The translations under genes were made by a program, and so were the position numbers. From a virus (taxonomy: Duplodnaviria > Caudoviricetes), in IMG/VR virus record IMGVR_UViG_3300020460_000053, positions 1-24,661 of that record: a DNA stretch of 24,661 nt; one strand, written 5' to 3'. Of the stretch, positions 9,601 through 16,327 are shown piece by piece. The notes below the pieces were generated by a model. It was not told the DNA's origin and did no database searches. It saw nothing but the letters and a program-made list of their open reading frames with translations. How positions within the stretch are numbered: position 1 is the stretch's first letter; the number at the start of each line of letters is the position of its first letter.

Positions 9601-11550
9601 AAGTTGCGTGAAATAGAAGAAATTCTGACTCTTGGGTTAAACAAAAGACCTGATAGAGGTGTGCCTTTCGCTAAACAAACAGCGGGTCAGGTTTCTGATG
9701 AAGCAACTGAAGCTTTGCAAGAAACGTTTGATCTTCTTGGCGCAAAGTTTGAAGAGCTTGAAGTAGCTATGAGCAGTGCTCAGAAAAAACTTTTGGAAAC
9801 AGAAGCTTATTTAGCGGAGCGACGTACTTACTGGCGAGGAAAGAAACAACTCACTGAAAGCGAGTTGTCTGAAGTCAGCGCAATAATGGTTCAGCAACAA
9901 AGAATCATTGACGAATTGAAATTAGAGAAGATGCGGTTGATGGATTCGGATAGAACAACTGTCCGAATAAGTGCTGCTGATTCGCAGCAAGCTGCTGTTA
10001 ATGAGCTTCGTAAAGTACGCAACCTTCACAATTTGTCAGATGTTTATGGTGGTCGGTTAAACGATTACATGGTGAATATGTCGGGGCTTGGCAACGTCCA
10101 GGATGTATCCAATAGAACAAACAATTTGTTGCGTGGATACAGTCTTGTTGACGGGGCAGGAGAAAGTTCGGTTGAACTGTTCTCTGCTGCGGTTCAGGCT
10201 GCTGCTAGAACCGCTGATGTTAAAGCGATGAGTGACTTCATGAAGAAGTACTCATCGTTTGTGAACTGGTGGAAAGCTCAAGCTGTTGCTACTCCTGGGT
10301 TCATTATGAGAAACATGATGGGCGGCATGTGGATTAACAACCAGATTGCTGATGTGCCTATGAGTATGCACACAAGGGTTTTGGGTATCCGTCGTGCTGC
10401 AGCTAAGGCTGCTGAAGAGGGTGGCCGTAAAGGTGACATTGCTTACGGTTTGGAACAGCTTATTGCTAACGGGAAACCTGTTGGTTTGAAGAAGTGGGGT
10501 ATTCCACAGGCTCAGTCTGCGGTTGATGTGGGTGAGCTTGAAACGTTTTTGACGTGGTATCGGACTGGTATGGCTAGCAGTGGTCAGGTGTCTCAGGAAG
10601 TTAGATCTTCGTTGGATGCTATTGGTGGCGGATCAATGACTTTGAATCCGTTCAAAGCTGAGTTTGCTCCGTTTGCTACGGTTCGTAAATGGAACCAAGA
10701 AGCTGAGTTTATGTTGCGTGGTTCAGTAGCGCATCACACTGCTATGACTGGTGGAAGCATCGATGATGCTTTCGAGCTTGTAAATAAGTATCACTTTGAT
10801 TATGCGAATCTGACTCAAGCTGAACGGAAAATGAAGCAGGTTATTCCGTTCTGGACTTGGCAGAAAAACATTTTGCCTGTGCTTGTCGAGTCGATTGGTA
10901 AGAAACCTACGGCTTGGGGTCGGTTGCAGCAGATTAAAGGCGAGTTAGAGTTGCATTCTCCTGAAGAAGGGCTAGTGCCTAGCTGGTTCGGAGAGAATAT
11001 GGGTATACGTTTGCCCTTCAATATTGGTGGGAACAGAGCGTATGCTATTCCTGATTTGCCGTTCCGTGATCTTGCTAAATGGTCTAAAGCTATTGAAGGT
11101 AGAGAACCGTGGCGACCTTTAGCGGAAAGTGTTTTCCCGTTGTACAAGCTCCCGATAGAGCTTGCGTTTGGCAAAAAATATTTTGGCAATATCCCATTCA
11201 CTGGTCGATATCAACAAGCGCCTAATTCTTATGGAAAGATTCCTGGGTTTATGCCAGCCCTTGGTGCGCTTGGATTTGCGAAGAAGAATCGTAAAGGGGA
11301 ATGGAAAACAACTGATCAAACTCTTTATGTGTTAGATCAGTTTATGCCGTTGTTGGGTAGGGTGCGGAGGGTTCTTCCTAATGAAGCTCCTAAACAAGAA
11401 CGAGCGGTGACTACTTGGCTTTCGGTGTTTCTAGGTACGAACATTCGTCCTAATACTCCTTCTACGAAACGTAGCGAGCTAATTCGTATGCAAAAAGAAT
11501 TAGCTGAAGAGCTTCGCGATAAGAAAGATATAGAATTCCGCAAGGTCTAG
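6613..11550 (+). CDS. Large internal virion (ejection / DNA transfer) protein
   Basis: 1645 aa. Hydrophobic N-terminal GLGLDIALDPLTY segment, central coiled coils, and C-terminal FDY..LT..ER.MK.VIPFWTW pattern seen in large podovirus core proteins. Confidence 0.65.
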   Translation: MAIPPPPRPQDRGNMIKNLKIDWGNKSSSSAPLPGYVAPAKKGGGIFDIPVLGQIIDVIDTPRAAIVSGIKEIGDIFDADNDFSIGEFVQQTRDNIMMGEVLRDWDVDLPGPLDFAVGLGLDIALDPLTYMAGAGLLARGAKAADVANGLRKGAKAAEAAGDAAKAAGMLKAAQRVDRTKSVLSAGKYLDDVGISSGARFTIPGTGKIGRTIIEKPLRRIFPVVGRKLDDMRVRQLYTDTAAGPGGMFRWGDEADRALDLTNPNNQKLVRNRVRQLRGEGPAVAVKTGSEADKAARLAMKMAVEMPGSAQMLAKIPGSTAFVAWTASAPGKAFAASSDTKMGQAFGKAFSTNVDINKMIRSSNIEEQVTGRWVQRIGSQANTKSSAFAATAKQGAENLKRAADDAEIDFDELMLAAENEVPYLVSQGSDFGLSPKHVALRAQAREYLDSLRTMVNEALPYSDDLDGVVGELYLMRYIGKEGAEKLDELGRLSGRPLPKGVAADDMIQGNSFHRRNWITPKGMKEIIRQNIEEGLDSINIPKLVDDLGVDPSKTGDDLRDALLDAIDDAADDGFRVTGTDGHVYTNKTHVGTFKDIKKAGSIRDQLSRMGKEAHGSEWVDIFDTDMTKALTSYIDSHSRYIRSQYVVDGLAQRGIIVRGANGQLTRAAANRLTSAMNRAGKKLTNAQIAKEKLEATKTARDEKIAFYTGEAGKAGSKTSQRAATKAALEVARLEGELRAISSVMEAIANGSGIEGLTNDALALIQPGAQFDLRRGVGYISQKVKQTSEEVARLHNARNDAVELIHSLDEQIAQVEEMLKRIEAVNNIDPELQGFLPLFDGYKEIQDSVNIMREGLRAYKSTFINRMLDDVTVRAADDLEDFLNGMTGDGLFDFAKNGKRLISAARKDELGRISRRLGQIFKGNPKWEKWLEEMPELADLKNAIENLDEGDMGILARLERYRQIKGADALIDGKSPIGNNIAELLSDIGGAERRLLNAKLREIEEILTLGLNKRPDRGVPFAKQTAGQVSDEATEALQETFDLLGAKFEELEVAMSSAQKKLLETEAYLAERRTYWRGKKQLTESELSEVSAIMVQQQRIIDELKLEKMRLMDSDRTTVRISAADSQQAAVNELRKVRNLHNLSDVYGGRLNDYMVNMSGLGNVQDVSNRTNNLLRGYSLVDGAGESSVELFSAAVQAAARTADVKAMSDFMKKYSSFVNWWKAQAVATPGFIMRNMMGGMWINNQIADVPMSMHTRVLGIRRAAAKAAEEGGRKGDIAYGLEQLIANGKPVGLKKWGIPQAQSAVDVGELETFLTWYRTGMASSGQVSQEVRSSLDAIGGGSMTLNPFKAEFAPFATVRKWNQEAEFMLRGSVAHHTAMTGGSIDDAFELVNKYHFDYANLTQAERKMKQVIPFWTWQKNILPVLVESIGKKPTAWGRLQQIKGELELHSPEEGLVPSWFGENMGIRLPFNIGGNRAYAIPDLPFRDLAKWSKAIEGREPWRPLAESVFPLYKLPIELAFGKKYFGNIPFTGRYQQAPNSYGKIPGFMPALGALGFAKKNRKGEWKTTDQTLYVLDQFMPLLGRVRRVLPNEAPKQERAVTTWLSVFLGTNIRPNTPSTKRSELIRMQKELAEELRDKKDIEFRKV

Positions 11551-11559
11551 GATTTAGGT

Positions 11560-12333
11560 ATGTCTGAGAGAACTGTTATTTCTCGGGATGGGTGGGATGC
11601 TCGTCCTCCTAAGAAACCGTTTACTAAGTTGAGGCCAGCACGAGTGCAGGGCATTGTTCTTCATCACAGTGGTGTGAAGGACGGACCTAAAGGTATGTCT
11701 GCTTTGAAAGCTTATGAGCGTTTCCACATGGATTCTCGTGGTTGGAACGCTATTGCTTACAACTGGTTGGTTGACGAAGCAGGAGTTGTTTATGCAGGGC
11801 GTGGGCCTGGTGTCGTTTCTGGTGCTACTAAGGGTTGGAATTCTCGTACTGAGTCGATTTGTTTCACGGGTTGGGGAGAGATAGAAGCTCCTCAAGCTGC
11901 TTTAGATTCTATTAAATGGCTAGTTAATGACATTAATAGTCGTTACGGAGGGAAACTGTGGGTCAAAGGGCATCGAGATTTAGGGAACTCTACGTGCCCT
12001 GGGAATTGGTTGTACAACTGGCTGAAGTCAGGGATGCCGTCGCCACTTGGAGATCCCAACAAGGTCGATTGGGACGGAATCAACGCTCATCTGGAGAGCC
12101 TGAAAGCGGTTGTATCCCATAGTCCGCTATCTAAGCGTAAGCGGAGCCGTGGAGAGGCTGTGAGGGTCGTTCAGGAGCGTTTGAAGGACCTTGGGTATGA
12201 GCCTGGGGGTATCGATGGAATATTTGGATACAACACGAAACGTGCAGTCAAGATGTTCCAGGTTAAATACTGTTCTTTTCTTAAGGTCGATGGCATAGTT
12301 GGTGCCAGGACTTGGGATGTATTGTTTAGTTAG
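11560..12333 (+). CDS. Endolysin: N-acetylmuramoyl-L-alanine amidase (Amidase_2/PGRP-like) plus PG_binding_1 domain
   Basis: IVLHHSG, GWNAIAYNW and GHRD...STCPG zinc-amidase motifs. C-terminal VRVVQERL..LGY..GGIDGIFG..T..AVKMFQ...LKVDGIVGARTW. Confidence 0.93.
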   Translation: MSERTVISRDGWDARPPKKPFTKLRPARVQGIVLHHSGVKDGPKGMSALKAYERFHMDSRGWNAIAYNWLVDEAGVVYAGRGPGVVSGATKGWNSRTESICFTGWGEIEAPQAALDSIKWLVNDINSRYGGKLWVKGHRDLGNSTCPGNWLYNWLKSGMPSPLGDPNKVDWDGINAHLESLKAVVSHSPLSKRKRSRGEAVRVVQERLKDLGYEPGGIDGIFGYNTKRAVKMFQVKYCSFLKVDGIVGARTWDVLFS

Positions 12334-12361
12334 TGGGCCACTCTCAACACTCTATAGGAGG
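12333..12361 (+). promoter_or_regulatory. Candidate late promoter/RBS motif GTGGGCC-N13-TATAGGAGG
   Basis: Resembles 4034-4063. Confidence 0.3.
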
Positions 12362-12368
12362 TCTTGAA

Positions 12369-12554
12369 ATGCCTAAAGATAAAGGTTACGGATCGTTTGC
12401 TGATACGTTCGGTGATTCCGATGAACAGCCATATGATTCGTCATCTGCGGACAACATGGCTGATATGGCAGCTAAAGCTAAGGCTGATGCTGCGTATCTT
12501 CGTTCAACTGGGCTGGGTAACCAGAACCAGGGCGGTCGTCCGTTCGGGAAATGA
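12369..12554 (+). CDS. 61 aa hypothetical protein in the lysis region
   Basis: Start re-called to ATG 12369, after AGGAGG. Confidence 0.65.
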   Translation: MPKDKGYGSFADTFGDSDEQPYDSSSADNMADMAAKAKADAAYLRSTGLGNQNQGGRPFGK

Positions 12555-12634
12555 AAAAACCAGCACCTAAAACAGGTTACAAAAAACCTAAGAAGAGCCG
12601 TAAAACGGCTCGTCGTCCTAGCAAAAAATATTAA
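12551..12634 (+). CDS. 27 aa highly basic peptide MKKPAPKTGYKKPKKSRKTARRPSKKY
   Basis: Not in the ORF track. ATGA overlap with the upstream stop; fills the gap before the holin. Confidence 0.5.
   Translation: MKKPAPKTGYKKPKKSRKTARRPSKKY
12580..12611 (-). terminator. Candidate intrinsic terminator for minus-strand transcripts
   Basis: Minus strand reads GAGCCGT-TTT-ACGGCTC (7 bp perfect stem) followed by TTCTTAGGTTTTTTG. Confidence 0.45.
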
Positions 12635-12652
12635 GCCACTGAAAGGCAAGAA

Positions 12653-12847
12653 GTGACTGAAGAAACAGCGAAGACAAAGTTTTCTTGGGGGGATTGGATT
12701 GAACGTTCGGTTTGGACGGGTGTCGAGTCTGCTCTTGCTGTTGTTGTCGTTACTGACGTATCGAGTCTCAAAGCTGCAGCTACAGCATTCGCTGCCGCTG
12801 CTATCGCAGCGCTTAAAACGCTTGCGAAGGCACGCCTCGGGAAGTAA
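12653..12847 (+). CDS. Holin, r1t-like (actinobacteriophage type)
   Basis: W.DWIERSVWTGVESALAVVVV...AAAIAALKT pattern; two hydrophobic segments and a basic C-terminus; GAAAGG RBS; close to the endolysin. Confidence 0.75.
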   Translation: MTEETAKTKFSWGDWIERSVWTGVESALAVVVVTDVSSLKAAATAFAAAAIAALKTLAKARLGK

Positions 12848-12851
12848 TCCC

Positions 12852-13166
12852 GTGGCTGAGGAACAGTTTGACGATCTTTGGGCCAACTGGATGGCCGAAG
12901 AGGGTTTAGCTATTGAGGATGAGATTCATCAAACTTTGTTAGCAAGCAAAGGTTTGCTTGACATGAATGATGGGACTCATGCTCAGTGGGTAGGTCCAAC
13001 GTTAGGTGTTCTTTTAACGTTCGACTTTGAAGAAGTTGATTCTCTTTTGAATGCGTGGGATGACGCACAGGATGGAAACCTTATTGCTTTGTCAACTGTG
13101 ATTCATTGGTTGCAGGGTTTCACTGTGTTTCTGCAGGCGTGTACAGGAAACATCGAAGAGCTTTAG
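12852..13166 (+). CDS. Acidic hypothetical protein (104 aa)
   Basis: Start re-called to GTG 12852 to avoid overlapping the holin. Last + strand gene. Confidence 0.6.
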   Translation: MAEEQFDDLWANWMAEEGLAIEDEIHQTLLASKGLLDMNDGTHAQWVGPTLGVLLTFDFEEVDSLLNAWDDAQDGNLIALSTVIHWLQGFTVFLQACTGNIEEL

Positions 13167-13648
13167 ATATCTCGATTCAAATATTCTTGTACTGCTGGCT
13201 GCTGAAGCAAACTAGTACGCAGTTTTTGTGCTAATTCATCTCTCCGTCTAGCCATAGTTGTTTTAGGTGTATCCAAAATTATGGCTACAAAACGCAAAGA
13301 GAGGCCCACATCAACAAGCATGTGGTAAAGCCACTGCTCGTCTTCTGTGAGCCTCATAAATGTTTCTTGTACTGCGAGAATAAGATCTTCTCGGTTTTGT
13401 TCTCGTTCTTCTATAGACCGAAGCGGGTCCTCGAAAGGACCCGCTTCCATTAAGCCTTGTATCTCTGTTATAGGAGTAGGTCTGTAATGACTTTCTTTTT
13501 TTATAACAAGCTTTTTAGGGGTATGTCCCCAGTTGTTACCTTTGGGTTTACTAGTTACGTTTACCCAAGGCCGTTGTGGTTGCAGTGAAGGAAAGTTTGC
13601 TTTCCTAAGAGCGTCAAAGAGTTTTGCTCCCTCGCTCTTATCATCCAC
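13163..13648 (-). CDS. Sigma70 region-4-like HTH protein (no recognisable region 2)
   Basis: LTEDEQWLYHMLVDVGLSLRFVAIILDTPKTTMARRRDELAQKLR fits the sigma_r4 pattern L...ER......G.S..EIA..L......V......A..KLR. Confidence 0.65.
   Translation of the reverse strand: MDDKSEGAKLFDALRKANFPSLQPQRPWVNVTSKPKGNNWGHTPKKLVIKKESHYRPTPITEIQGLMEAGPFEDPLRSIEEREQNREDLILAVQETFMRLTEDEQWLYHMLVDVGLSLRFVAIILDTPKTTMARRRDELAQKLRTSLLQQPAVQEYLNRDI
13420..13447. terminator. Perfect 12 bp GC-rich hairpin inside the sigma-like CDS (possible U-less terminator)
   Basis: GAAGCGGGTCCT-CGAA-AGGACCCGCTTC; the loop reads UUCG on the minus strand. Confidence 0.45.
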
Positions 13649-14108
13649 CGTCCCAGTGCAAGAATCCTGAATGTATTGAGAAGAACAATTTGTTGTTATC
13701 GAAGTTTCCTACGGGAATGTCTTCGGTGTTAATGATTTTCATTAGTTCTCTGTAACTCAGATCCGCATAGTTTTGGCGTGTGGATGACCAGATCCAGAAC
13801 CACACATCTAATTCAGATGTGTCCCACCACTGTAGCGCACGAATTTTATTGAACTTAACCTTTAACATTTCGTCGTGTCCCATGCCCATTACTTCTACAA
13901 GGCGAGGGAAACCACTGTTAGATACCTGTATGTAGTCAGGCGTAGCCGCAAACGTTGCAGGGATTTGGTATAGCTCAAAGCCGTCGGGTCGATTGAAACC
14001 GAACCGTTCCCAGTTTCGTTCTCGTTTCTCGAACTCACCTTCAGCTTCTTCTCCCATTGATTTGTAACGTTCTTCGTAAGGACGTTTATGAAACATCGGA
14101 GCTTTCAT
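13641..14108 (-). CDS. Hypothetical protein, possible PD-(D/E)xK-fold nuclease
   Basis: GEEAEGEF helix followed by ATPDYI...LVEVMG. Confidence 0.45.
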   Translation of the reverse strand: MKAPMFHKRPYEERYKSMGEEAEGEFEKRERNWERFGFNRPDGFELYQIPATFAATPDYIQVSNSGFPRLVEVMGMGHDEMLKVKFNKIRALQWWDTSELDVWFWIWSSTRQNYADLSYRELMKIINTEDIPVGNFDNNKLFFSIHSGFLHWDGG

Positions 14109-14443
14109 TTTTTTCTCCCAACTATTCGATAGACCATGATGTCGTCGTCGTAGGCGATGCCGTTTAAGGCATCTTCTACTGCTTTCAGATAATTTGTTGT
14201 GTCCCCTCGTAGCTTTGTTTCGCTGTCATCAAGCTCAGAGATAGTTATTTGTGTTCGTTTAGATGTGAACACACAGCTAATAGAGATCGGTCCCTCGAAC
14301 TTAGGGCCGTCGTAATGGTTTCTTATGTGTTCTTCGTGTTCCAGTGTGGACTTAGGGGTATACGTTCTGCCTCGTGCGAATCGAGGACGACCTTTAACCT
14401 TTGGTTTCCCTGGAACAGTGAACTTGTAAGAACGTTTACGCAT
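14105..14443 (-). CDS. rusA: RusA-family Holliday junction resolvase
   Basis: FTVPGKPKVKGRPRF...TYTP...GDTTNYLKAVEDALNGIAYDDDIMV. Start re-called to ATG 14443, after GAGG. Confidence 0.85.
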   Translation of the reverse strand: MRKRSYKFTVPGKPKVKGRPRFARGRTYTPKSTLEHEEHIRNHYDGPKFEGPISISCVFTSKRTQITISELDDSETKLRGDTTNYLKAVEDALNGIAYDDDIMVYRIVGRKK

Positions 14444-15359
14444 GATACCTCGTTGTTTGTGCGGCTTTGGAAACAATGTTTTGTAACTGTTTCTCTCTGT
14501 CTGCTCTGCCAATAAATTTTTCAAGTCTTTCATCGAGCCGACGCAACCAGTCCAGGGCTGCATCAGGTGAATAGTCTTGCCAAAGAAGGCTACTAGCAAA
14601 AGCGTACATCGCTTCAGACCGATCTGAGAACTCTCTTTGTTCCCAGATGGTCCGAGCGTTGCCTTTGAATTCTCCGTCTTCCCTGTTTCCAGGTTTGTAT
14701 TGCGGAGCTTTCGGTTCCGTTGCTTCGTAGAAACGAATCAACGAGCGAAGTAACCCTGGCGAAGTTCGGTTAGCCCATGCAGCGTCAACAAATTCCTCAA
14801 GGGAGAAGAAGGAATCTGTTTTAGATGGGTCGTAAACTTCATGGCGGCCAGGGTTACGGTGCTTAGGGTAAGGCAAACGTAAACAGTTGCCTAAAGCACC
14901 TTCGTTCAGTGAGGTTTGTTTTGGATAAACCTCTTTAGTTGGCACATCCACAACACGGCACGCTCCTATAAGCCCTTTGCGTGCCACTGTTGCTGCTACT
15001 GGTTCAGTTAGGTAAACCCAAACGTGGTAGCCCTTACTTTTTGATGTTTCTTTCCAGCTTTGTATCCCTGTCTTTTCTAAGAGAATGACCAGGTTGTCAG
15101 CGTGGACGCTGGAGTTTTCTCCATCGTCAAGGTCAACTGCACACCAGTTGACCATCCACACACCATTGCGTTGCCACAGTGGATACACACCGAGAGCAAC
15201 ATCATCATCTAAATGAGTTTCGATGTGCTGTAGGTATTCTTCTCCGTATCCGAGTGCAACGTTGCCGTCTTCTTCTAAGGGATGCACCCAGCTAGTTACG
15301 TCAGCTAACGCTCCTCCTTGATGGAGGGCCGCAAACCTTTCGAGAGTTATTCCACCCAT
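14436..15359 (-). CDS. Archaeo-eukaryotic primase (AEP superfamily, TOTE/phage type)
   Basis: LGVYPL, motif I VDLD, motif II SKSKGYHVW, EVYPKQ and GNCLRLP; C-terminal DRSEAMY helical domain. Confidence 0.8.
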   Translation of the reverse strand: MGGITLERFAALHQGGALADVTSWVHPLEEDGNVALGYGEEYLQHIETHLDDDVALGVYPLWQRNGVWMVNWCAVDLDDGENSSVHADNLVILLEKTGIQSWKETSKSKGYHVWVYLTEPVAATVARKGLIGACRVVDVPTKEVYPKQTSLNEGALGNCLRLPYPKHRNPGRHEVYDPSKTDSFFSLEEFVDAAWANRTSPGLLRSLIRFYEATEPKAPQYKPGNREDGEFKGNARTIWEQREFSDRSEAMYAFASSLLWQDYSPDAALDWLRRLDERLEKFIGRADREKQLQNIVSKAAQTTRYHA

Positions 15360-16327
15360 CGGTCATCCCCAGGAATATCGCTTTCGTAATATTCTCTCAC
15401 AAGCCCACAGTTCGGGTCCATGTAGTAGTCGATGGGTGGGTCTGTGACTTGGCATGGTGGCCTCTTGTTCTTGCAAAGATCTAACGATACGGACACTGAG
15501 TGGATGCGTCGTTCAGAGTCGGAAAGTTTGGGGTCATCCCTACGTCTGAAGACGTTTAGTTGCAGGATGGCGTATTCGTCGGCATTGAATTTGCCGTCGT
15601 CCATGCCTCTGGATGTTCCACGAGTTGACCCTTTGCCTGACTGGTGGACCAGTCCGACGGGCAGGTTCTCTGTTTCTGCCCATTCCTTCAGTCCTTTTAA
15701 GACTGTGGATACTCCTTCGTATCCTGATGCGCCAGGAAGCTGTTCAAGGAAGTCAACCATTACGAAACGTGGCTTGTGTTGCCAGTAATCTTCGCATTCT
15801 CTCATCGCATTACTCATGTCGTTAAAGGAGAGAGCGTTAGGGAAGATCTTTATTCGATCCAAGAACCCGAACTTGGCTTCTTGGATTTCATTCAAGACTA
15901 TTTCGTCTTGCGTCCGAAGAGCTTCTTCCACTTCAGCAAGATTTCGTTGATATAAAAGCGCATAAAGTTTGGATACAACCAGGATCTCGGGTTCGTCAGG
16001 AGTATAGATCACTCCATAGAAGTCTGGGTCTTCAAGTAGGTTGCGTGCCATTGAGGATAAAAGCACTGCGGATTTGCCGCTGTGTGCTCTGCCTGTTACG
16101 ACAAGTACGTCGCTCGGCCAGACTCCTCGCATGCGACTGTCGATGTCTTGTAGCCCTAGGTGGAAGCAGTCGTGGCTTCCTTTGGCGTATTCAACCCAGC
16201 GGTCTACGGCATCGGACGTAGGCTTAAAAAATTTGTACTGCGGCTCTCCCTCGGGGAGATCAATGCCCGCAAGTCGGGCATCGATCTCCTCGGTGGTGAG
16301 GGCGACAGCTTCGTCACCCTCACTCAT
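15347..16327 (-). CDS. dnaB: DnaB-like SF4 replicative helicase (C-terminal ATPase domain only)
   Basis: Walker A GRAHSGKS, Walker B VMVDFLEQL, LKEWAETENLPVGLVHQ and KNKR. Confidence 0.8.
   Translation of the reverse strand: MSEGDEAVALTTEEIDARLAGIDLPEGEPQYKFFKPTSDAVDRWVEYAKGSHDCFHLGLQDIDSRMRGVWPSDVLVVTGRAHSGKSAVLLSSMARNLLEDPDFYGVIYTPDEPEILVVSKLYALLYQRNLAEVEEALRTQDEIVLNEIQEAKFGFLDRIKIFPNALSFNDMSNAMRECEDYWQHKPRFVMVDFLEQLPGASGYEGVSTVLKGLKEWAETENLPVGLVHQSGKGSTRGTSRGMDDGKFNADEYAILQLNVFRRRDDPKLSDSERRIHSVSVSLDLCKNKRPPCQVTDPPIDYYMDPNCGLVREYYESDIPGDDRWVE

Noticed and set aside
6613-11550. Tape measure protein or virion RNA polymerase
   Set aside because: No periodic Trp/Phe repeats, upstream frameshifted chaperone or recognisable polymerase motifs. 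Ejection protein fits better, but a structure search is needed to be sure.
4890-12333. Genome-wide TAG recoding
   Set aside because: Genes tile cleanly under the standard code, and most TAG stops are followed by out-of-frame starts with an RBS.
14436-15359. TOTE conflict system
   Set aside because: The primase sits in a normal replication operon with a helicase and resolvase; no other TOTE components are seen.
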